Positions 15,046-22,876 are shown, numbered from the stretch's first letter. The stretch: DNA of 64,000 nucleotides from a virus (IMGVR_UViG_3300036376_000009:25895-89894), one strand, 5' to 3'. A program made the numbers and translations. Notes: a model not told the origin generated them from the sequence alone.

Positions 15046-16635
15046 ATGGCGGTGAGGTTGGTGTTCGAGTCGGGTGGTACCGAGGTCGAACTCGGAGTTT
15101 TCCGCTTGCGTTTGGAGCATCCAGGTGGCAGGATGGGGGGTATGCCCAGCTCCCCCGCTCATCCGGGAGCAGGCTCGTTCGCCATCCCGAACCCGCAGAC
15201 GGCCAAGGAGCCGGTCCTCGGGCGCATCGATGCGCAGCCGAGTCCGCTCAGTACTTCCGTCGACGCCTGGCTCGCGGCCCTGGCGGCCCGCGGCAAGAAG
15301 CCCAACACGATCAAGGCGTACCGAACGTTCATCGGCTCGGCCATCCGCGAGAACGGGTGGCGGACCCCGGCGGACCTGACGTACGAGGCGGTCACCGCCT
15401 GGATGGCGGGCAAGCGCGAGGCCGGCGTGTGGCAGGGGTCCACCTACAACCGCAACCTCACCGCCCTGCGCTCGCTCACCAAGTTCCTTCGCAGGACCAA
15501 GCGGGCCCGCACCGATGAGCTCGAGGACGCCGAGCGGGCCGAGGACGACGGCGGGCCCGGCTCGCGGGCGGCGAGCACCGACGAGGCCCGCGGCATGATC
15601 CGCCTGGCTTGGGCCCGGGGGCTCTCCGACCGCCGGCGGTCGAACGAGGCGGCCCTCGAGCGGCTGTGCTGTTTCAAAGCCGCGCTGCGATCGAGCGAGC
15701 CGGGCGAGTGGCGGTGGAAGCACCTGCAGCTCGACGCGCCGGTGCCGCACATTGCGTGGACCAAGGACGTGCAGAAGAACCGCCGCGCCCAGGACGTCGC
15801 GCTCGACCCCGAGCTGGTGGAGCTGCTGCGGGCGCACCGCGACGCCCGGCGCGGGGCACCGCCCGTGATGGCGGGCGGGCGCCGCAACGGCAATCCCCAG
15901 CTGCGGCGCGTGGATTCGAACGACCCGGAGGCGTTCGTGTTCGCCAGGCGGGCCAGCCGCACGACGTGGCGCGAGGACCGGGCCCGGCTGCAAATCCCCG
16001 GCGAAGATCACCGCGGGCGGCCCTTCAGCCCGCACTCGGCGCGCAAGTGGTTCGAGACCACGCTGCAGCTCGCCGGCGTGCCCGATCGCCTGGTCGACTG
16101 GCTCATGCGCCACACCGGCGACGTCGGCACCCGGTACCTGGATCCGCCGCTGGACGAGCAGCGGCGCGTGCTCAGTCTGCTGCCCGCGCTCTGGCCCGAA
16201 CAGGCCGGCGGCGGGACCGGCGGGGCGGTTTCGACCCAGCGCCGAAGTTATCCACAACGTGAAGATTCTCTCAGTTCGGACTTGACACCAGCTGGCGGCG
16301 TGCCGAATCTGTCTGTCGCTCATCCGGGGCTTGCCCCCACAGACAACCCGGTTCCGGTCCCGTCGCTGCGCCACACCTCGGATGAGCCCCCACCCCTCGG
16401 TGGGACCGATCGGTGCGCGGCGGGACCGGCTCCGGGACTTTCCCAGGGGCCTGCGGCTCCGAGCTTCGGGAAGCACGTCAGGGACGAGACCACGCGTATC
16501 CGGTCGGAAATGCCGAAACCCGGACTCGGACTTTGGAATTCTAACCCGCGAGTAGCAGCAGCGTTGGCCGGCTTCCTTGACGCGTGGGCGAGGCTCCTGA
16601 AAGCAGGAGCCGAAAGTGAACGCCAAGCGTCTTGA
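15046..16635 (+). CDS. int: Tyrosine integrase A; ORF reads through the att core
   Basis: SAM-like N-domain; catalytic R (AALRSSE), K (VQKN), HSAR, H (LMRH), Y (TRYL). Start codon uncertain. Confidence 0.9.
   Translation: MAVRLVFESGGTEVELGVFRLRLEHPGGRMGGMPSSPAHPGAGSFAIPNPQTAKEPVLGRIDAQPSPLSTSVDAWLAALAARGKKPNTIKAYRTFIGSAIRENGWRTPADLTYEAVTAWMAGKREAGVWQGSTYNRNLTALRSLTKFLRRTKRARTDELEDAERAEDDGGPGSRAASTDEARGMIRLAWARGLSDRRRSNEAALERLCCFKAALRSSEPGEWRWKHLQLDAPVPHIAWTKDVQKNRRAQDVALDPELVELLRAHRDARRGAPPVMAGGRRNGNPQLRRVDSNDPEAFVFARRASRTTWREDRARLQIPGEDHRGRPFSPHSARKWFETTLQLAGVPDRLVDWLMRHTGDVGTRYLDPPLDEQRRVLSLLPALWPEQAGGGTGGAVSTQRRSYPQREDSLSSDLTPAGGVPNLSVAHPGLAPTDNPVPVPSLRHTSDEPPPLGGTDRCAAGPAPGLSQGPAAPSFGKHVRDETTRIRSEMPKPGLGLWNSNPRVAAALAGFLDAWARLLKAGAESERQAS
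16248..16256 (+). promoter_or_regulatory. Perfect DnaA box TTATCCACA
   Basis: Exact consensus, ending 26 bp before TTGACA at 16282; function not shown. Confidence 0.4.
16282..16310 (+). promoter_or_regulatory. Putative promoter inside integrase A 3' extension
   Basis: TTGACA-N17-GAATCT; same 229-bp distance to the att element as the copy at 63731. Confidence 0.55.
16318..16474 (+). ncRNA. Candidate novel pseudoknotted RNA (copy A)
   Basis: P1 16318-29/16376-87, P2 16354-72/16412-29, P3 16389-404, P4 16432-47, P5 16456-74; same topology as 63767-63924; G-U pairs favour the + strand. Confidence 0.6.
16511..16528 (-). other. att junction between prophages A and B (tRNA-3'-end-like fragment)
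   Basis: Reverse complement CGAGTCCGGGTTTCGGCA resembles a T-loop/acceptor 3' end; 20/26 identity with 63955-63980 and shared CGGACTCG. Confidence 0.65.
16592..16611 (+). promoter_or_regulatory. Hairpin occluding the RBS of the first early gene of prophage B
   Basis: GGCTCCTG-AAAG-CAGGAGCC; AGGAG (16605-09) lies in the stem; GTG at 16616. Confidence 0.55.
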
Positions 16636-16954
16636 TCCTGGCAAGACCGGCCGATCCCCCAACCCCCGAAACGGCCCGCCCCCCGGCTCACACCGGCGGG
16701 GAGACGTTCGGCTCGCCGATGCCATCGCCGCCGCCGAGCTGCCGCGATGCGAGTTCTGCGACGGGGAAATGGAGCACGACCCCTACCAGCCGTCCGACCC
16801 CGAGGTCGGGGTTCGGGAGGCCCCGGCCGCGTGGACGTGCTGCCTGTGCGGCCACACCGTCACCGAGCCAACACTGTCCGAACTGAAGGACGCGGCCGAC
16901 GACGCCGCGGTTGACGCGCACCGCATGGGGGTGATCGGGGGTGGCGCGTGCTGA
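16616..16954 (+). CDS. Small zinc-finger protein (first early gene of prophage B)
   Basis: CEFC...CCLC; overlaps the integrase A stop and the next start. Confidence 0.6.
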   Translation: MNAKRLDPGKTGRSPNPRNGPPPGSHRRGDVRLADAIAAAELPRCEFCDGEMEHDPYQPSDPEVGVREAPAAWTCCLCGHTVTEPTLSELKDAADDAAVDAHRMGVIGGGAC

Positions 16955-17910
16955 CCGCTCACCAACTCGAGCAGCGCAAGGGCAAGATCACCGCCTCGCT
17001 CGTCCCCGCCATCTGCGGGCTCGACCCGTGGAAGGGGCCCGTCCAGGCGTACCTGGAAATCACCGGCCGCAAGGTCGAGGAGGCCGAGGGCGAGAACCTC
17101 GCCGCCGAGCTCGGGTCGCTGCTCGAAGAGCCGATCATCCGGCTCACCGAACGCAAGACCGGCCGCAAGATCCGCCGCCGCAACATCTGGCGAGTCCTTC
17201 AGGACGGCCCGCTCGCCGGCAAGGTCGGCGCCACGCTCGACTGCGACTACGACGTCGACACCGACTACGGCGAGATCAAGACCAACGGCGTGCTCTCGGG
17301 CTTCGGCATCAACAGCGGCTGGGGCGAGGAAGGGACCGACGAGGTCCCCGAAAAGGTCCACATCCAGATCGCCGCGCAGATGCTGGTCTGCCCCGAGAAG
17401 CAGCTCTGCATCGTGCCCGCCCTGGTCGGACGCAAGAACGGGCTGACCATCTACAAAGTGCACCGCAACAAGGACCTGGTCGAGGCGGTCGGTGACCGCA
17501 TCGCCCGGTTCTGGCGCGACCACATCGAGCCGGACGTGATGCCGCCGCTCGAACAGCCCGCCGACGCCGAGTACATCACGGAGCTGACCAGGTCGCTGCC
17601 GGTCAGGACTGAGCCGGTGGCGATCGACCCGGCCCTGTGCATGGAGTACGACAACTTCCGCGCGATGGAGAAGGCCGGCGAGGAAGGCAAGAAGATCGCC
17701 GCGGCCAAGATCAAGCTCGCCCTCAACGGCGCCGAGATCGGCACGGCGAGCGGGTTCAAGGTCAGCTGCAAGCGCCCCAAGGACAGCCTGGTGTTCGACC
17801 GTGAGACGTTCGAGGCCGAGCAGCCCGAACTTTTCTCCCGGTACACGGTCGCACGCCCCAACTCCCCCCGTCTGCTCGTGACGGCGGAGAAGAAGGCGGT
17901 GACCACGTGA
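16948..17910 (+). CDS. YqaJ-like (lambda exonuclease family) recombination nuclease
   Basis: RKGKITAS.VPAICG..PW; GATLDC..EIKT; QIAAQM. Confidence 0.9.
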   Translation: MLTAHQLEQRKGKITASLVPAICGLDPWKGPVQAYLEITGRKVEEAEGENLAAELGSLLEEPIIRLTERKTGRKIRRRNIWRVLQDGPLAGKVGATLDCDYDVDTDYGEIKTNGVLSGFGINSGWGEEGTDEVPEKVHIQIAAQMLVCPEKQLCIVPALVGRKNGLTIYKVHRNKDLVEAVGDRIARFWRDHIEPDVMPPLEQPADAEYITELTRSLPVRTEPVAIDPALCMEYDNFRAMEKAGEEGKKIAAAKIKLALNGAEIGTASGFKVSCKRPKDSLVFDRETFEAEQPELFSRYTVARPNSPRLLVTAEKKAVTT

Positions 17911-18941
17911 GCCAGATCAACCCCCACAACGTCAGGCGTTCCGCCACCGGCGACACCAGCGGCGCCACCAAGCCCGCCAAGCCCATCGAGACGTTCAAGC
18001 AGACGCTGGCGCTCATGGAGAAGCGGATCGCGGGCGTGCTCCCCAAGCACATCACCCCCGACCGCATCCTCAAGGCCGCGATGGTGGCGGCGTACAAGAA
18101 CAACAAGCTCTACCAGTGCACCCAGCTCAGCATGATGAACGCCATCATGACCGCGGCTCAGCTCGGGCTCGACCCGGGCGGGGCGCTGGGCAGCGCCTAC
18201 CTGGTCCCCTACGACCGCAAGCGCAAGGACGCCAACGGCACATGGGTCTACTCCCACACCGAGTGCCAGCTCATCATCGGCTACCAAGGCATGATCGACC
18301 TCGCCCGCCGCTCGGGCGAGATCGAGAGCATCGCCGCCATCCCGGTGTTCGATGGCGACCAGTTCGACATGGAGCTGGGCACCGAAGCGAAGATCAGCCA
18401 CAAGCCCAACGTCAAGGCTGTTCGGACCGTTGACACGCTGGTGCTGGTCTACGTGGTGGCGAAGTTCCGGGGGCCAGACGGCGCGCCCGCCGGCTTCCAC
18501 GTCGAGTGGATGAGCAAGGCCGAGATCGACGCCATCCGCCGGCGGAGCAAGGCCGCCGACGACGGGCCGTGGGTCACCGATCCGATCGAGATGGCCCGCA
18601 AGACGTGTGTGCGGCGGGCGTTCAAGTACCTTCCCAAGTCGATCGAGCTGCTCGCGAAGCTCGCCGAAATCGAGGCCGAGGGCACCGACGCCGGGGCGCT
18701 GGCCGACATCTTCGACACCACGGCGACGCCGATCGAGCCCGAGCCCGCGGCCGACGCGGCGCCCGCGCAGACCGAGACGGCTCAGCTGCCGGAACCCGCC
18801 AACGTGAACCCGCTGCCCGGCGTGTTCAAGGACGCCCAGGAGGGCCGCACCGAGGCCGCGATGCAGCAGCAGGCGAGGCCGTCGCGGGCGGCCGCCACCG
18901 CCGCCAAGCTCAACGGCAACCACGGCGGACCGCCCGCCTGA
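17907..18941 (+). CDS. recT: RecT single-strand annealing protein
   Basis: LPKHITPDR, AQLGLDP....AYLVPY, QLIIGYQGMIDLARRSG, EMARKT. Confidence 0.95.
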   Translation: MSQINPHNVRRSATGDTSGATKPAKPIETFKQTLALMEKRIAGVLPKHITPDRILKAAMVAAYKNNKLYQCTQLSMMNAIMTAAQLGLDPGGALGSAYLVPYDRKRKDANGTWVYSHTECQLIIGYQGMIDLARRSGEIESIAAIPVFDGDQFDMELGTEAKISHKPNVKAVRTVDTLVLVYVVAKFRGPDGAPAGFHVEWMSKAEIDAIRRRSKAADDGPWVTDPIEMARKTCVRRAFKYLPKSIELLAKLAEIEAEGTDAGALADIFDTTATPIEPEPAADAAPAQTETAQLPEPANVNPLPGVFKDAQEGRTEAAMQQQARPSRAAATAAKLNGNHGGPPA

Positions 18942-19016
18942 TCCGTGCTTCTTCTTCCTCCCGGTGCGCGGGGGTTCGTGCCCCCGCCGCCGGATTCTGA
19001 GCCCAGGAGTCTGCCC

Positions 19017-19403
19017 ATGCCCCAGAAAGAACTGAGCGTCGCCACGATCAACGAGATGGAGGACGGCCGGATCGCCGCCGAGTTCAACCGCGAACTGTCA
19101 GCGCTCGCCAAGGACTGCTACTCCCGGCCCGGCGACAAGCGCCCGCGACAGGTGACGCTGAAGGTCACCATCAAGCCCATCATGGACCGCGACGGCCGCT
19201 GTGACAGCGTCAAGCTGACCGCGGACGTGAGCTCGAAGATGCCCGACCTGCGCAGCCCCGAATACGTCGGCATGCTCAAGCCGTCGGGCGTCATCCAGAT
19301 CCAGACGACCAAGGGCCTGCACGCCGAGCCCAACCAGCTGTCGCTTGAAGACGAGGCGGCCCGGCGCAAAGGCGACCCGCCGAACAGCGGCCCGGCCCGG
19401 TAA
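19017..19403 (+). CDS. Conserved phage early protein ('replication terminator'-annotated family-like)
   Basis: AGGAG RBS; EFNREL..LAKDC..RP..K.RQVTLKVTIKP. Confidence 0.6.
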   Translation: MPQKELSVATINEMEDGRIAAEFNRELSALAKDCYSRPGDKRPRQVTLKVTIKPIMDRDGRCDSVKLTADVSSKMPDLRSPEYVGMLKPSGVIQIQTTKGLHAEPNQLSLEDEAARRKGDPPNSGPAR

Positions 19404-19456
19404 CACGGTCGCCACGCCAACCGCACGCCACCAGCCACCTCACACAGGAGATCCCC

Positions 19457-20269
19457 GTGGACCTGAACGCTGCCCTCAACACGCTCATCAAGATTGGCCA
19501 GGACGGGAAGCAGAGGCTTCCCGAAGTCACGACCCAGCCGTATCTGCCTTCGGACACGCTGCTGGTTCGCCGCAACGACGAGGCGCCGTCGCTGCTCGTC
19601 ATCAAGAAGCCGCGGCTGTACACCTCATCGACCATTCAGGGGTTCTGCGAGGCCCTCAACTACCTCCGCAAGCAGGTCAAGCCCGATGCGGGCCCGGTGT
19701 TCGTCACCGTCGGCTCCACCGGCATCGTCGCAATCCTGGGCGAGGAAGATCGCCGCGACGTGCTCCAGATGCCGCTGACCTACTCGGCGGCGTACGACCT
19801 GCTCAACGAGCCCAAGGACATGACCCAGGACGAGACCGTCGCCGCGGTCCGCGAGCTGTTCAACCAGAACATCAGCCCCAATATCCTGGGCCAGCTCCGC
19901 ACCATCCGCTTCAACTTGAGCAACGGCGGCGAGGGCAACATCGAGACCAGCCGCACGTCGTTCCGGGCCGAGACGGTCATGGAAATCAGCGGCCTGGGCT
20001 CCGACTTCCCCGACCAGGTCCTTGTCAGCCTTGTGTGCTTCAACGAGCTGTACTTCGGCCCGGTGAACGCCACCGGCGTGCAGGCCACGCTGCGCATCAA
20101 CATCCCCAAGGCCCGGTTCAGGTTTGTGCCGCTCGCTGGTGAGCTCGAATCGGCCGAGGCGGTCCAGCTCAACGCGGCCGCCACCTACATCCGCCAGCAG
20201 TGCGGCGAAGCGGTCTTCGTCGCCACCAACACCATCGCCGGTGAGTACGAGTACGCCGCTTCGGAGTGA
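19457..20269 (+). CDS. Conserved phage early protein (DUF2303-like partner of the previous gene)
   Basis: AGGAG RBS; gene-pair arrangement common in phage recombination modules (inference). Confidence 0.5.
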   Translation: MDLNAALNTLIKIGQDGKQRLPEVTTQPYLPSDTLLVRRNDEAPSLLVIKKPRLYTSSTIQGFCEALNYLRKQVKPDAGPVFVTVGSTGIVAILGEEDRRDVLQMPLTYSAAYDLLNEPKDMTQDETVAAVRELFNQNISPNILGQLRTIRFNLSNGGEGNIETSRTSFRAETVMEISGLGSDFPDQVLVSLVCFNELYFGPVNATGVQATLRINIPKARFRFVPLAGELESAEAVQLNAAATYIRQQCGEAVFVATNTIAGEYEYAASE

Positions 20270-20383
20270 GACACCTCCATTCGTGCCGCCCGCCGGGTCG
20301 CGATTGCCCGGCGGGCGGATTCCCGCGGGGCGGCGCTGTTGCCGCCCTCCCGGCCCGACTGCCCGCCCGGCGGTCGGCCCTTT

Positions 20384-21202
20384 ATGCCGAACTCCGCTCG
20401 CCCGCTCACGCTCGCCCAGGCGAGGTCGCGACGTGCGCAGTTCGGCAGATACGCCGGTGAGTCGCTCGGTTGGATCGAGCGGCACGACCCGTCGTACCTC
20501 GTCCAGCTCGCGGCGTGGACTGGCCTGAAGGACCCGTTCCGCTCCGCCGTCGTCCTCGTCGTCGTCGCCATGAGCGACAGAACCCAGGAGCCACCTATGG
20601 CCGGCAACCCGCCCAGTGCACGCCCCAAGCCCGTCAGTCTCAACGCCGAGCAGCTGCTGTTCCTCGCCGTGCTCGAGTCTTGGCCGACCATCCCACAGAC
20701 CTACCCCACCAGCCTCATGGTCCAGGAGGCGTGCGCCCCGCACGTGTGCGACGAGAGCCCGCTCTGGGAAGGGCGGTTGATCCAGGACGCCAAGCACATC
20801 CCCGGCGTCGAGGTCCAGAAGCGCTACGCGCTCACGATCACCGCCGCCGGCAGCGCGGCCCTGCGCAACGCGTTCGCGACGTGCATCAAGCACCAGCAGG
20901 TCAGATGCCAGGAGTGGGCGGCGCGCGGGCAGACCGACGCCGTCGCGCTGGGGAACCAGCTCATCGAGCGGTTGCAGGCGTGGTACTCCGAGCACGTGCA
21001 GGGGATCGGGGCGGCTCGCCTGCATCCCGGCCAGGTGGACCCCGCGGACCTGGACGCGCTGGCCGGCGCGACCGACGCGGGGGTGGTTTCGGCCGGGCCC
21101 GCGGACGGTGGGGGGCGTCAGGGCGCCGGCCCCGCGAGCCCCCCGCCCCCGCGCCGTCGCGACGGGGCTGCTGCTGGGGGTGGTGGGGGTGGTGGGGGAT
21201 GA
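20384..21202 (+). CDS. Hypothetical protein with N-terminal DUF3820-like motif; possible internal start near 20597
   Basis: FGRYAGESLGWIERHDPSYL; second AGGAG+ATG in frame at ~20587-20599. Confidence 0.5.
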   Translation: MPNSARPLTLAQARSRRAQFGRYAGESLGWIERHDPSYLVQLAAWTGLKDPFRSAVVLVVVAMSDRTQEPPMAGNPPSARPKPVSLNAEQLLFLAVLESWPTIPQTYPTSLMVQEACAPHVCDESPLWEGRLIQDAKHIPGVEVQKRYALTITAAGSAALRNAFATCIKHQQVRCQEWAARGQTDAVALGNQLIERLQAWYSEHVQGIGAARLHPGQVDPADLDALAGATDAGVVSAGPADGGGRQGAGPASPPPPRRRDGAAAGGGGGGGG

Positions 21203-21426
21203 GCGCTTCGCGGGACGCCATGGTCGAGCGGGCCCGCCGAGCGGCGCTGATTCGGCTGCTCGTCCGGGACAGGGCGACGTCGACGGAACTGGACCGGCTA
21301 TACGCCGGGCGCCGAGACGCGGCGGCCGCCGACGTGAACAGGCTGAGACAGGACGGGTTCCGCATCGAGGTTGAACCCGAGCGGCTCCGGCTTGTTCGAG
21401 GCGCGGCGGCCGTTGGACGCCGCTGA
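21199..21426 (+). CDS. Small winged-HTH protein
   Basis: LIRLLVRDRATSTEL.......AADVNRLRQDGFRIE; ATG overlaps previous stop. Confidence 0.55.
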   Translation: MSASRDAMVERARRAALIRLLVRDRATSTELDRLYAGRRDAAAADVNRLRQDGFRIEVEPERLRLVRGAAAVGRR

Positions 21427-21511
21427 ACGCGATTCCACACACGCCTTTCGCGCGGGGGACACCCCGGGAGGGCGTTTCGCACGGGGACGGGGGCGACCAG
21501 GAGCCGATGCC

Positions 21512-21916
21512 ATGCACAGCGCAGGCGTGGAAAGCGATTCTGCCCCGATCACGCACGATTTGAGCGGGGCTCCCATCACGACTGATTCCAGCACCATCAC
21601 GCACGATCCCGCCAGAGCGCCGGAGCCGGCGGGCCAGATTCCGCCGCCGCCGATCACGTCGCCGTTCGACTCGCGGCCGCAGCGCCCGACCGTCGGCCGC
21701 ATCGTCCACTACTACCCCGGCAACGTGTGTGAGACGAGCAAGGGCCAGCCGTATCCGGCCATCATCACGCACGTGATCAGCGATCGCGTCGTCAACCTTC
21801 GCATCTTCCAGGACGCGCAGCACCCGCTGCCGGTCAGCGAGTTGACCCAGGCCGAGGTGGTGAGTGCGGAGCCGGGCATGGCGGGGCGGCGCTGGTGCTG
21901 GCCGCCGCGCGGCTGA
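21512..21916 (+). CDS. Conserved small phage protein with repetitive N-terminus
   Basis: RPTVGRIVHY..PAIITHV...VNLRIF..WCWPPR; ITxD repeats; AGGAG RBS at 21499. Confidence 0.65.
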   Translation: MHSAGVESDSAPITHDLSGAPITTDSSTITHDPARAPEPAGQIPPPPITSPFDSRPQRPTVGRIVHYYPGNVCETSKGQPYPAIITHVISDRVVNLRIFQDAQHPLPVSELTQAEVVSAEPGMAGRRWCWPPRG

Positions 21917-22056
21917 TCAATTCGGGCCGGTAGGCGCAGATCGGAAGGGTTCTTCACAGTCTTCATGACTTCCGTGAAACGGGCGCCCACGCCTTCAAGT
22001 GGCATACCGGCCTTTTCAATGCGTCACCTTTCACCGCCCGGGTTCCCGGGTAGGAG

Positions 22057-22479
22057 TTGTCCATGAGATCCGCGCGTGGTTCGCAGGGGGCTCGGGGGAA
22101 TTCGTTGCTCGGGAGGTTGGCGCTCGTTATGGCCGCGGCCGTGGGGCCGGGCCTCATTCTGAGCGCGGGCGCGGTGGCCGCGTTCTCGAGCGCAGTGCCG
22201 GCCCGGGCCGTTGTGCCAGAGCCGGCGGAGGTTGACCCGCTCGGGCTGTACCCGGGGTGCCGGTTCGCGGTTGTGTTCTGGGACGGCTCGTACTTCCTCT
22301 GCGCGGACGCCGACGAGGCCGCGGACGTGTTCGCCCGGTTCCCGTACCTCGCCGACTCGGTTCGCCGCATGGGCGACCTGGACCAGGACCCCGACTTCTG
22401 CGGCTGGTTCGGGTACCAGTTCAGCCGCTCGCGCCCGCGCCTGACGCTGCACATCGTGGCGGCGGGGGCGGAGGGTTGA
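22057..22479 (+). CDS. Hypothetical membrane-anchored protein
   Basis: AGGAG RBS at ~22052; hydrophobic N-terminal segment. Start may be ATG at 22063. Confidence 0.5.
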   Translation: MSMRSARGSQGARGNSLLGRLALVMAAAVGPGLILSAGAVAAFSSAVPARAVVPEPAEVDPLGLYPGCRFAVVFWDGSYFLCADADEAADVFARFPYLADSVRRMGDLDQDPDFCGWFGYQFSRSRPRLTLHIVAAGAEG

Positions 22480-22623
22480 TCGTTTGGCCGGTGGGGCAGA
22501 CGGGCGGCTTCGCGAGTGCCACGCCCAGACACGGGCCCCCGCGCGTTCGAGACGCGAACCGGCCATTACCTGCGTGATCCGACGCAATCGGACCGCTCAA
22601 TCAATCAGAAAGCGAGGTGCCAC

Positions 22624-22635
22624 ATGAAGAACTAA
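22624..22635 (+). other. SD-led minigene ATG AAG AAC TAA (MKN)
   Basis: GAGGT at 22614-18, 5 nt before ATG; followed by a terminator-like hairpin. Confidence 0.4.
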
Positions 22636-22664
22636 CTCACGAACCTTCCGCAAGCAGTCCTGCC

Positions 22665-22698
22665 CCCCGCGCCCGCGTACACGCGAGCGCGGGGTTTT
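22665..22698 (+). terminator. Intrinsic terminator-like hairpin
   Basis: CCCCGCGC-C-CGCG...CGCG-A-GCGCGGGG followed by TTTT. Confidence 0.65.
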
Positions 22699-22726
22699 GA
22701 ACGACGAGAGACGCAAGGAGTTGATC

Positions 22727-22876
22727 ATGAGAACCGAACACGAGCGTGCGGAGCAGCAAGCGCTGAGCCACGCGGAACACACCAAGTACGTCGCGCTGAT
22801 ACTGCTGGCCGCAGCAGTCGCGCACGCCCTCGGCATCCTGGTTGGCAACGGCAGCATCGGCGGGTGGTTCCGGTGA
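22727..22876 (+). CDS. Small single-TM protein (49 aa; not in ORF track)
   Basis: AAGGAG RBS; YVALILLAAAVAHALGILVG; stop overlaps the next GTG. Confidence 0.55.
   Translation: MRTEHERAEQQALSHAEHTKYVALILLAAAVAHALGILVGNGSIGGWFR

Larger units (their letters stand above)
1..16528. mobile_element. Prophage A, right-hand part (long-tailed phage; left end outside window)
   Basis: Tape measure C-terminus, lambda-like distal tail/DUF1833/NlpC-gpI-gpJ module and integrase ending at a tRNA-3'-like att core (16511-16528). The boundary is inferred. Confidence 0.8.

Noticed and set aside
16318-16429. HDV-like/theta ribozyme identity for the pseudoknot (also copy B)
   Set aside because: No P3/L3 between P2 and P1', no P1.1 GG and no recognisable catalytic J4/2 strand; topology differs.
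16511-16590. Possible complete tRNA on the minus strand
   Set aside because: Only the last ~18 nt look like a tRNA end; the T-stem 5' strand, anticodon arm and D-arm cannot be formed.
21917-22060. Lower-GC intergenic stretch as a small RNA
   Set aside because: No convincing stems, promoter or terminator found by eye.
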